A stretch of 43,704 nt of DNA from contig JAEOTS010000175.1 of assembly GCA_016839745.1 (NCBI GenBank), forward strand, positions 1-43,704, given 5' to 3'. The notes below the pieces were generated by a model, which worked only from the letters and a program-made list of their open reading frames with translations, was not told the DNA's origin and did not search any database. Made by a program: the position numbers and the translations under genes. Below are positions 8,093 through 16,413 of this stretch, piece by piece. This DNA comes from Promethearchaeota archaeon. Lineage in GTDB: Archaea > Asgardarchaeota > Lokiarchaeia > Sigyniarchaeales > SOKP01. The first letter of the stretch is position 1, and each line of letters starts with the position of its first letter.

Positions 8093-9058
8093 TCAAACCG
8101 TTATGTTAACGTTGAAAAGCAAAAAATAAGCAGATAAATAAAGTATAATAAATAAAACTCCCGCTTTTTTGTCCATTTTCTGCCTTATTGCGATGGTAAC
8201 AATAACAATAATACTAGCGAAAAGCGTATATAACACTGTTGGAACCGCTAATCCTGCTGTGACAGCTTGAGGGAAGAAGACTTGACCGATGCCAATAGAT
8301 AATGTAGAATCTACAATACAGGAACCAACAATATCCCCAATAGCTATAGAATGGTGACCACATCTGAGCGCGTTTATATCAACTACGAGCTCTGGAAGGG
8401 ATGTGCCGATAGCAAGAACGAAGAAACTAATAATATATTCGTGAATGTGTATAGCTTGTGATATAAAAATTACCGATTGTACTATCATAAATGAGCTAAT
8501 AGTCACGCCACCAAAACCAAGTACAGCAATTAACAAATGGAATCTTTTTTTCTTAGTTGGTTGCGTCGTTTCTATCAATTCTACTCTATGCATTATACTC
8601 TCTTTATTCGCGTTAAATATTAACCAAAAATAAATAACTAGACTGAAAACCATAAAAATTGCATTTAGGCGAGTGATATATCCTTTCTCAACAATTGTAA
8701 ATATCACAATAAGAGATAAAACTTCACAAGAACCTAGAATTATTATGTCTCTTCTACGAATATGAAATGCGCCGCAAACTATTGGCAAGATTCCGAAGAT
8801 TAACGTGAGTTGGGTAAGATCTGAACCTACAGAATCTCCTACATCAATATCTCCGTGACCTAAAGAACACGAGATAATTGAATTAAATATTTCAGAAATA
8901 TCCGTACCTATAGATACTAAAGTAACTCCGATTATTAGCGGTGATATTCCTAAAGCTGTAGCGAGCAGTGCCGAGTGCTTTACGGCATATTTACTCGAAA
9001 AGATTATAAGAGCAATTCCGCCTATAAGCATTAAAATAGCTAAGATTAGATCGATCAT
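8093..9058 (-). CDS. sodium/calcium antiporter, CaCA family (YrbG-like)
   Basis: two alpha-repeats SIGTDISE...GDSVGS and AIGTSLPE...GDIVGS. Confidence 0.9.
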   Translation of the reverse strand: MIDLILAILMLIGGIALIIFSSKYAVKHSALLATALGISPLIIGVTLVSIGTDISEIFNSIISCSLGHGDIDVGDSVGSDLTQLTLIFGILPIVCGAFHIRRRDIIILGSCEVLSLIVIFTIVEKGYITRLNAIFMVFSLVIYFWLIFNANKESIMHRVELIETTQPTKKKRFHLLIAVLGFGGVTISSFMIVQSVIFISQAIHIHEYIISFFVLAIGTSLPELVVDINALRCGHHSIAIGDIVGSCIVDSTLSIGIGQVFFPQAVTAGLAVPTVLYTLFASIIVIVTIAIRQKMDKKAGVLFIILYLSAYFLLFNVNITV

Positions 9059-9232
9059 TAAATTATTTCCTCTTTAAAAATTCCTAATTACGAAGCTACA
9101 CCCTAATTTGAATTTATCAAATATTCTTAAATAAGATAAATGATCTTACTTTAGGTTGGTTAAGAATAATTATTCGAATTAGTACTCCATACTTCTATCG
9201 AATAGAAAACTATTTAAATTTTGCTAAAGATG

Positions 9233-9916
9233 TCAAAAATTATAATATTTGCCAATATCTTCGAAATTGTACTTCGCATAAGTCCAAGTTCGTGCTTTAT
9301 GGATGTAAGTTGTGTACTGCTTCCATGTCCATTTCATCTTTGCTTGGGATTGATATATTTTTAACCACTCTTGCAAAATATATGCATTTTCCTCATTTAT
9401 TGTGTATTGGAATTGATTATCTTTAGAGTCTTCATGAAATCTTCCACGGGAAATCTCAAAATAAACAAAATATTCAATATCAGTTAGATTTAATTCTTGA
9501 GCAGCACTTACTGCAATATTATATGTAGCTTGATGGTCTACATGATCGTTATTGGTGCTTGGTAAAAAAAGTCTATTTGCATCTTTAATCAAAGGTATAG
9601 CTTTTTTGATCCCTTCATTCACATACTTATGACTATCAGCATCGTGGAAATAAAATAGATGCAAATTTTCCAGAGGGAGTCCCAAGAATTCAATTGATTT
9701 TTTAGCTTCGTCAATTCTCATCTCAGCAACATCATCTTCTGTCATTGAAGCAACATCTGCCGTAAATATGTCATGCCCTGATCTATAACAAGCCCGTCCG
9801 TCTGTTACAGTTACAACATGAATATCGTGCACTCCCTCTGCTATCCATTCTAATAGAATAGGCCCGGGTCCGAATAACAAATCGTCTGGATGAGGTTCAA
9901 AAATAACTATCTTCAT
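9233..9916 (-). CDS. PIG-L/LmbE family N-acetyl deacetylase
   Basis: EPHPDD, VTDG, RxxE, DHVDH, YQSQ. Confidence 0.9.
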   Translation of the reverse strand: MKIVIFEPHPDDLLFGPGPILLEWIAEGVHDIHVVTVTDGRACYRSGHDIFTADVASMTEDDVAEMRIDEAKKSIEFLGLPLENLHLFYFHDADSHKYVNEGIKKAIPLIKDANRLFLPSTNNDHVDHQATYNIAVSAAQELNLTDIEYFVYFEISRGRFHEDSKDNQFQYTINEENAYILQEWLKIYQSQAKMKWTWKQYTTYIHKARTWTYAKYNFEDIGKYYNF

Positions 9917-10011
9917 TTTTTTAAAGTCTTATATAATAGATTGACTAATTATACATTAAAAAATACAAAAAATTTTTGTTTTTCTAATAAGAATAAACGA
10001 AGTGAAATAAT

Positions 10012-11451
10012 ATGGCAGTACAGAAAGAAAAAGAATCACGCGAGAATTCAATTCCAATAATGATCAGTTATGGTGCGTATCAAACCTTTTCACAGTGGAT
10101 TACAGGTGCTTTTGGCCTTTATGTTTTCTTCTTTTATGAAGTGGAAATAGGTTTAAATGTTGGAATTGCAGCAATTGCTCTTACTATTTATTCGATATGG
10201 AACGCGGTGAACGATCCTCTAATTGGGTATCTAATGGAGCGGATTAATATGCCTTGGGAAAAAAGATGGGGTAAGAGGTTTCCTTGGGTTTTCCTAGGGG
10301 CAATTCCTTGGCTTTTTTCATATCTAGCGATTTTTTTCGTTCCATTGACTTGGCATCCTGTGAATGACCAATGGTTAATATTTACCTGGTTTTTACTTAC
10401 CCTCATTCTTTATGACACCCTATTTACTCTCTGGAATGTAAATGCCACGGCACAATATCCTGATAAATTTAAGGGTAGCTCTGAACGCAGACTAGCTACT
10501 GGTATAGGAACATTGATGGGAATGATAGGAATTGCTGTAGGCTCGATCGTTCCTCCAATGTTTATAGATACAGGATTTCCTGAGACTTATCGTATTATGG
10601 CTTGGGCTGGTGTTGGGATAGGATTAATTCTGTTTTTTTTTATGTTACCGGGTACGAGAGAAAATCCAAAAATGAGAGCTAGATACCAAGAATATAAGGA
10701 AGTCGCAAGAGATTTAGACCATGAACCATTCTTTAAAACAGCTAAAAAGGCTATTACAGATCGGCGTTTCATGATAAAAGTAATTTATTTCTTTGGATAT
10801 CAAGGTGCAGTTGCGTTACTCTCGGCATCCGGACCCTATATGATAACTTATGTAATTCAAGGAGATGCAGGTACTTTAGGAATTTTGATGGCTTTTATGC
10901 TAATAGGTGCTCTTGTTTCTATGCCAATTTGGACTATCATAGGACAAAAGGTAAATAACAACAAAAGAATGAGCTTGGTAGCTGGAATCGTAATGGTTCT
11001 AACCTTTTTACCGATGTTTTTCGTAAATGATTTTCTATTTTTTATGATCGCGCTGTTTTTATTTGGGATCGGTCTTGGAGGGCAATGGTTTATGGATCCT
11101 CCGACAATGGGGGATGTTCTTGATGATGTGGCTATAAGATCAGGAAAAAGAGAAGCTGCAATATATTATGGATATCAGGCTTTTTTTATTAGGCTAAGTG
11201 GCTCATTTCAAGCGTTGATTTTTGCTCTAGTTCACATATTGACAGGTTTTCCAGCAGGAGTAACGAGTTATGTAGAATTACAGGCTCAAAGCCCAACACC
11301 CGATCTCGCTTTATTAGGAATTCGGGTTCACGCGGCTCTTATTCCCGCTATCTTAGTACTTATTACAATTTTCATCTTTTGGAAATGGTACGATTTAACA
11401 CCGGAAATAGTTGCAGCAAATAAAGAAAAATTAAAAGAACTAGGCTTATAA
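10012..11451 (+). CDS. GPH family (MFS_2, Na+/melibiose-like) glycoside transporter
   Basis: WNAVNDPLIGY, RWGKRFPW, SGKREAAIYYG; about 12 TM helices. Confidence 0.9.
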   Translation: MAVQKEKESRENSIPIMISYGAYQTFSQWITGAFGLYVFFFYEVEIGLNVGIAAIALTIYSIWNAVNDPLIGYLMERINMPWEKRWGKRFPWVFLGAIPWLFSYLAIFFVPLTWHPVNDQWLIFTWFLLTLILYDTLFTLWNVNATAQYPDKFKGSSERRLATGIGTLMGMIGIAVGSIVPPMFIDTGFPETYRIMAWAGVGIGLILFFFMLPGTRENPKMRARYQEYKEVARDLDHEPFFKTAKKAITDRRFMIKVIYFFGYQGAVALLSASGPYMITYVIQGDAGTLGILMAFMLIGALVSMPIWTIIGQKVNNNKRMSLVAGIVMVLTFLPMFFVNDFLFFMIALFLFGIGLGGQWFMDPPTMGDVLDDVAIRSGKREAAIYYGYQAFFIRLSGSFQALIFALVHILTGFPAGVTSYVELQAQSPTPDLALLGIRVHAALIPAILVLITIFIFWKWYDLTPEIVAANKEKLKELGL

Positions 11452-11469
11452 TTAATTAAATTATATCAA

Positions 11470-11485
11470 TTTTTTTTTCTTTTTT
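11470..11485 (+). terminator. oligo-T terminator after the GPH transporter
   Basis: T9-C-T6 run between convergent genes. Confidence 0.5.
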
Positions 11486-11518
11486 ATTGTATTTTTCAGT
11501 GTAATAATTGAGATTTAT

Positions 11519-13042
11519 TTAAATTTCTTTTAACAACTTTAAAATTCCACTTCGTGTTCCTGCAACTACACCTGCAACTCCACCACCGGATTCACTTTGT
11601 GCTCCAATATACCACAAACCCTCGATTGGAGTATGATGAGAGGGACTTTGCTGATTCATTATTGGAGCCAATCCTCCAAAACTGTGTCGTTCAACAAAGA
11701 TACGAGATTTAAAATCAAGAGGAGTCATAATCACTTCTGTTGTAGAATGTTCCCTAAGACCAGGAATTATTTTCTCAGCTTCGATGAGCAGTTTATCAGC
11801 GAGTTCTTCCCTACGTGAATTCCAGTCTCCCTTAATAAGTTTATAGGGGGCGATAGTGTAAACGGTAACAGCATGATGACCAGATGGAGCCATTTCAGGT
11901 GAATGCTTTGAAGGAACATATATCAAAAATCCTTGTTTTCCCTCGTGAAAATCGCCCGACCTACAACGATTAACTGCTCCTTCAATGTCGTATGTACCAT
12001 AGTAGTAGCACAGGGCTGCACGCTGGTGGGGAGTTGGATCAAAATCTATACCTAAATGTACCATTAATACGGACTCCATGTGAACTAAATTTTGGACATT
12101 AGTTATAAATTCTGAAGGTAAGTTTTCCTTTCCTACTAAACTAAAGAAAGTTTTATGTGCTCCGCCACTCGCAATTACTACATCTGCTTGTAATTCCTCT
12201 CCGTTCTTTATTTTAATTCCAACAGCTCTATTGTTTTCAATCAATATTTTTTCAACTAAGCTATCTGTGAGAATTTTTCCGCCGTTTTCTTTGATATAAC
12301 TTGCGAATGCGTTTACTAATTGCTCACATCCATTCTTTATATAGTGATATACAGGCAATTTTCCACCTTTAATATCAAGAGGAATGCGCTTATCAAATGC
12401 GGTCTCAACATTCGAAACGGGTACTCCTAACCCCGGGAACTCACTTGGTTTTACGACGAAATCAGCAAGGATCCCCATAAAAACTGCTTTTAATTTTGGT
12501 TCGTTAAAGAAAGAATCCATTATATCGGCAGCACTTTTATCCATAAATTTCTTTACCCTCAGGAATTTAGGAAAAATCTTTAATTTCAACCAAATAGCTT
12601 CCAAACCTTTTACCCATTCTAATCGATTGCTAATAGCCATAAGTGTCATTACTTGATCATAGTAGCGATAATATCTGTCCAATCCCTCACTTTCTGATGG
12701 AAATAATTCTTTAAAGTATTCTCTTCGCCAATACTTTCCTTTATATTCTTTTGGTCTCCATATCGCAAAATCAGGAAGCACTTGGCCACGATCCTCTTGA
12801 ATAGCACTTATTTTATCAGAGATTCCTAATTCAGCTAAGATTTTTCCAAGCTTTTCGTGAGGAGCTAAGCCTTCTAACAAAAGAGGTCCAATATCCCAAG
12901 AATATCCATCCTTATGAATTGTGGTAGTTACACCTCCAATTTCTGAATATTGTTCGTAAATTGTTACATCATGACCTTCACGACACATATAAGCAGCAGC
13001 AGTAAGTCCGGCTAAGCCGGAACCAATAACAACGACTTTCAT
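11519..13042 (-). CDS. phytoene desaturase-like FAD-dependent oxidoreductase (CrtI/RetSat family)
   Basis: VIGSGLAGL Rossmann motif, YSWDIGP, APSGHH, TPLDF, TPIEGLWYIG...GGGV. Confidence 0.88.
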   Translation of the reverse strand: MKVVVIGSGLAGLTAAAYMCREGHDVTIYEQYSEIGGVTTTIHKDGYSWDIGPLLLEGLAPHEKLGKILAELGISDKISAIQEDRGQVLPDFAIWRPKEYKGKYWRREYFKELFPSESEGLDRYYRYYDQVMTLMAISNRLEWVKGLEAIWLKLKIFPKFLRVKKFMDKSAADIMDSFFNEPKLKAVFMGILADFVVKPSEFPGLGVPVSNVETAFDKRIPLDIKGGKLPVYHYIKNGCEQLVNAFASYIKENGGKILTDSLVEKILIENNRAVGIKIKNGEELQADVVIASGGAHKTFFSLVGKENLPSEFITNVQNLVHMESVLMVHLGIDFDPTPHQRAALCYYYGTYDIEGAVNRCRSGDFHEGKQGFLIYVPSKHSPEMAPSGHHAVTVYTIAPYKLIKGDWNSRREELADKLLIEAEKIIPGLREHSTTEVIMTPLDFKSRIFVERHSFGGLAPIMNQQSPSHHTPIEGLWYIGAQSESGGGVAGVVAGTRSGILKLLKEI

Positions 13043-13105
13043 AATTTTAAATCTCCAATTTTTTTACTATTCAAAAAAGTTTAAAGAAATTAAAATATTT
13101 TTAAA

Positions 13106-13792
13106 TTGAATACGAAAAATTTAACCACAAGTCGGTTAGTAATGGATGTTATTAAAGAATTAGGGAAATTGAGATTAGTTCCCGTAGCTGTAATAGAAGA
13201 AAGAAAAAGGGCTATTCCTTTAGGAAAGGTTTTACTGGAGGTAGGCTTACCAATTGTTGAGGTAACATTTCGAACCGAAGAAGCTGCAAAATCTATAGCT
13301 TTACTAAAAAGGGAATTTCCAGAAATGTTAATAGGTGCTGGAACGATCCTCAAAATCGAGCAAGTAAAAGCTGCTGTTGAAGCGGGCTCTCAGTTTATTG
13401 TTACTCCCGGATTTAATCCAACAATAGTTGATTATTGCATAGCTCATGATATTAATATAATCCCAGGTCTTAATAATCCTTCTTTAATTGAATGGGGATT
13501 AGAGAGAGGGCTTGATTTTTTCAAATTTTTTCCAGCAGTTCTCTCAGGAGGGATTAGAATGCTTAAGTCATTTTCTGGACCTTATCCGGCAGCGAAATTT
13601 ATGCCAACCGGTGGAATTAATTATGATAATTTAATAGAATTTCTTAAATTAAAAAATGTTATCGCGGTGGGGGGAAGTTGGCTTGTAAAAAAAGATTTAA
13701 TTTCCATGGGAAAATTTGATGAGATCAAATCATTAACAGAAAGAGCAATGACTCTAATAAAATCGGAAATACATAATAAGGAGCATATATAA
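13106..13792 (+). CDS. eda: KDPG/KHG aldolase (start probably ATG 13142)
   Basis: EVTFRT, IGAGT, FIVTPG, FKFFPA (Schiff-base Lys), FMPTGGI, GGSW. Confidence 0.92.
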   Translation: MNTKNLTTSRLVMDVIKELGKLRLVPVAVIEERKRAIPLGKVLLEVGLPIVEVTFRTEEAAKSIALLKREFPEMLIGAGTILKIEQVKAAVEAGSQFIVTPGFNPTIVDYCIAHDINIIPGLNNPSLIEWGLERGLDFFKFFPAVLSGGIRMLKSFSGPYPAAKFMPTGGINYDNLIEFLKLKNVIAVGGSWLVKKDLISMGKFDEIKSLTERAMTLIKSEIHNKEHI

Positions 13793-13811
13793 GCCCCCAT
13801 TTTAAAAAATT

Positions 13812-14846
13812 TCACCAGCGCCAGTAAATATCTTCTGCGTGTCCTAACATATTTTCAATTTTGAGTTTTTCCCCGTTATCTAGAAGGACTTCTCCAGAAT
13901 ACAATCCATGAAGCAACGAAGAATTTAAATAGATTAATCCAAAATTGAGTTTTTCTCTATGTGGAATAATTGGATCTAAAGTCATCTTAAACCTATCATC
14001 GTTGCTTGTAAACTTCCAAGGTTTAGCTGGATCTCTATTCTCGTGATGAAACTCTACTTCATCAATTTTATGTGCTTTACCATCATAAAAGATGATATTT
14101 TCAGTATGAGTAGATAAATCTCCGAAACCGTAACCAATATTGAAGGCGAGAGGAACACCATCAACAAGCCCGCAAGCTGAACCCCATAACCAATGAGTCT
14201 TATAGGGCCATATTCCTCGACCCCAATCCATGAGTCCAAACGATGTTTCTGGTTCAAAAGAGTATGATTTATCTCCAATAATAAGTGAGCCTTCCGCAGG
14301 CATGTAATTAACCTTATGGTTATAATAGAATAACCTTGGATCTTCTTTATAGCCCGTTACAACTACGGTATTATCAGCTTTAGGATCGTCCTGTAAAACA
14401 ATACTACCTTTTAACCCTTTGTCTTGAAACGAGGGATCTTCAATGGTTAGGACTCTTGTATTATTCTGCCTTGAGATTGTTGCTTTAAATTTTTCAGTAG
14501 GAAACTCAATTTCACTATCTTCTAACGAATTCAAAGGGAGTACCTTTGATTTAGTAAAGAATTTAAACAAACCCTTTCCATCGCGTTCTTTTTTTTCAAA
14601 ATCTAACCAAATATAACTCATTTGGGTTAAATATCCAATGTCGCCTATCGTTAACTGAAATCCGAAGTCCTTATTTAAAACCGAAAAATGATCCCATTCT
14701 TTTATACGAGACCAACCTTTTCCAATTTTATCTTTATTGTAGTTCAGTATAGGTTTTCTTGCCCATCCTCTTTGAACGAGAGAGCCGTCATCATTAAATA
14801 AATTAGACGATTCTGTTATTTCATTTTGACTTCCCAAGTTATTCAC
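13812..14846 (-). CDS. DUF2804 family protein (start probably TTG 14837 behind AGGTGA)
   Basis: RGWAR, RIKEWD, FYYNHK, MDWGRGIWPY.THWLW, TEN...DGKAHK, GHAE. Confidence 0.8.
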   Translation of the reverse strand: MNNLGSQNEITESSNLFNDDGSLVQRGWARKPILNYNKDKIGKGWSRIKEWDHFSVLNKDFGFQLTIGDIGYLTQMSYIWLDFEKKERDGKGLFKFFTKSKVLPLNSLEDSEIEFPTEKFKATISRQNNTRVLTIEDPSFQDKGLKGSIVLQDDPKADNTVVVTGYKEDPRLFYYNHKVNYMPAEGSLIIGDKSYSFEPETSFGLMDWGRGIWPYKTHWLWGSACGLVDGVPLAFNIGYGFGDLSTHTENIIFYDGKAHKIDEVEFHHENRDPAKPWKFTSNDDRFKMTLDPIIPHREKLNFGLIYLNSSLLHGLYSGEVLLDNGEKLKIENMLGHAEDIYWRW

Positions 14847-14855
14847 CTAAGTCTA

Positions 14856-16253
14856 TTATGCAATTTTCTGGCAAATGTTATCTATTTTTTGAACTGTCTC
14901 ATCAATAATCTCGTCAGAATGGAGAATACACATGTAAAATCGACTGCCTGCAACAGAAATTATCTCTTGATCTACTAAAGCTGCTCCCATATGTTCCATA
15001 AACTTTTTCCTTAATGGAAGTTGCCCTACTTGGTCAGGAATATCAAAACTCAATCCAAATAAGCACGAGGTATGAAAATGAACTGTACCGCCTAAATTGT
15101 ACGAAAACCATGGTAACTCGTATTTTTCGAACACTTTATTTAATCCATTTGCTAAGCGCGTTCCTGCTTTTCCAGCTTTCTCTGTTGCGCCAGTTTCTTC
15201 AACTAGTTTAATGGCATTATACGCCGCCGCACAAGTTAAAGGATTCGCTGCTAATGTTCCCCCGCTGTAAGCTCTTTTTCCACCACCCACTCCCGCAGCG
15301 CAATATTTCATAATTTCTTCTTTACCTCCAATAGCAGCAGCGGAGGGATATCCATGTCCGACAATTTTACCAAATACCGATAAATCCGGTTCATAACCGT
15401 AGTAAGCTTGACCACCACCCATATGCAATCTAAAAGCACACACAACTTCGTCGGAAATCAGAAGAGTTTTATTTTCATGGCACAGTTCTTCCACTTCTTT
15501 ATTAAATCCAGGTTTAACTGGGTTAGCTCCCGATTCACCCCCCATTGGCTCAATTATAACGGCAGCAACTTTTCTTTTTTCCTTAAACATTTGTCGTAGT
15601 GTTTCAATATCGTTTGGAGGACATGAATCGGTATATTTAAACACATTCTTAGGAATTCCATGTGACTCTAACAGCTTTGTTCCAGGTACGTGCATATCGT
15701 AGACCAATTGATCTGACCATCCATGGTAACTACCCCCCATTTTTATTATCCATTTACGATTTGTTGCAACTCTGGCAATTCTTATAGCAAGCATATCTGC
15801 CTCTGTTCCAGTTTGAAGCCACCTTATAATTTCACAAGAAGGGAAATGTTTTTGAAGTTGCTCTGCGGCAAGGTATTCGTATTCGTTAGTGATTCCATGA
15901 CAAGGTCCAATTTCTCGAATAACTTCGATAATCTTTTCTGTCAGAACTGGATGATTATGTCCAAGAATAATTGGTCCCCCGTCCATTAGATAATCTGTTA
16001 GAACAACATCATCTATGGTTTCCATATAGCAATCAAAAACTCGCTTGCTTTCTAAGGGAAAAGGATAGTTAAAAGCGAGGTTATGTTCTACTCCTCCCGG
16101 TATGATCTTCCTAGCTCTTTCAAAAGCTATTTTAGATTTAACATGGTTCTTTTCGTATCTTTCAAGGATCGCCTTTAATTCTTCGGGCTTGAACTTACTT
16201 ATAGGCAAATCCACAATATTTTTAATTTTAGCTATTTTTTCCTCATAATCCAT
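14856..16253 (-). CDS. class III PLP aminotransferase, glutamate-1-semialdehyde aminomutase-like
   Basis: IPGGVEH, GPIILGH, GTEA, YHGWSD, DEV, FGKIVGHG (PLP Lys), GTLAANP; AGGTGA SD. Confidence 0.88.
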   Translation of the reverse strand: MDYEEKIAKIKNIVDLPISKFKPEELKAILERYEKNHVKSKIAFERARKIIPGGVEHNLAFNYPFPLESKRVFDCYMETIDDVVLTDYLMDGGPIILGHNHPVLTEKIIEVIREIGPCHGITNEYEYLAAEQLQKHFPSCEIIRWLQTGTEADMLAIRIARVATNRKWIIKMGGSYHGWSDQLVYDMHVPGTKLLESHGIPKNVFKYTDSCPPNDIETLRQMFKEKRKVAAVIIEPMGGESGANPVKPGFNKEVEELCHENKTLLISDEVVCAFRLHMGGGQAYYGYEPDLSVFGKIVGHGYPSAAAIGGKEEIMKYCAAGVGGGKRAYSGGTLAANPLTCAAAYNAIKLVEETGATEKAGKAGTRLANGLNKVFEKYELPWFSYNLGGTVHFHTSCLFGLSFDIPDQVGQLPLRKKFMEHMGAALVDQEIISVAGSRFYMCILHSDEIIDETVQKIDNICQKIA

Positions 16254-16377
16254 TAAAAATCATCACCTAATACCATAATTTCCTTAATTTAGTATAAGAA
16301 GCAATACTAATTAACTTAATGAGAAAAGCTATCGATCAATAGATAAATTTCTCATAGGCTCAGCTTAATCTTTTTAT

Positions 16378-16391
16378 AATATAAACTTTTT
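16378..16391 (-). promoter_or_regulatory. candidate BRE-TATA for the aminotransferase-DUF2804 operon
   Basis: minus strand AAAAAGTTTATATT; about 125 nt from the ATG, so uncertain. Confidence 0.3.
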
Positions 16392-16413
16392 ATAAAAAAA
16401 TTTGATTGAAATG

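Noticed and set aside
11519-13042. Carotenoid biosynthesis cluster
   Set aside because: No phytoene synthase or cyclase nearby; CrtI-like oxidoreductases have broad functions
14856-16253. Calling the class III aminotransferase hemL
   Set aside because: No tetrapyrrole genes are adjacent, it has an N-terminal extension, and it is operonic with DUF2804; only a family-level call is supported
16370-16395. CTTTTTATAA direct repeat as an operator
   Set aside because: Low-complexity AT sequence overlapping a probable terminator/promoter; expected by chance
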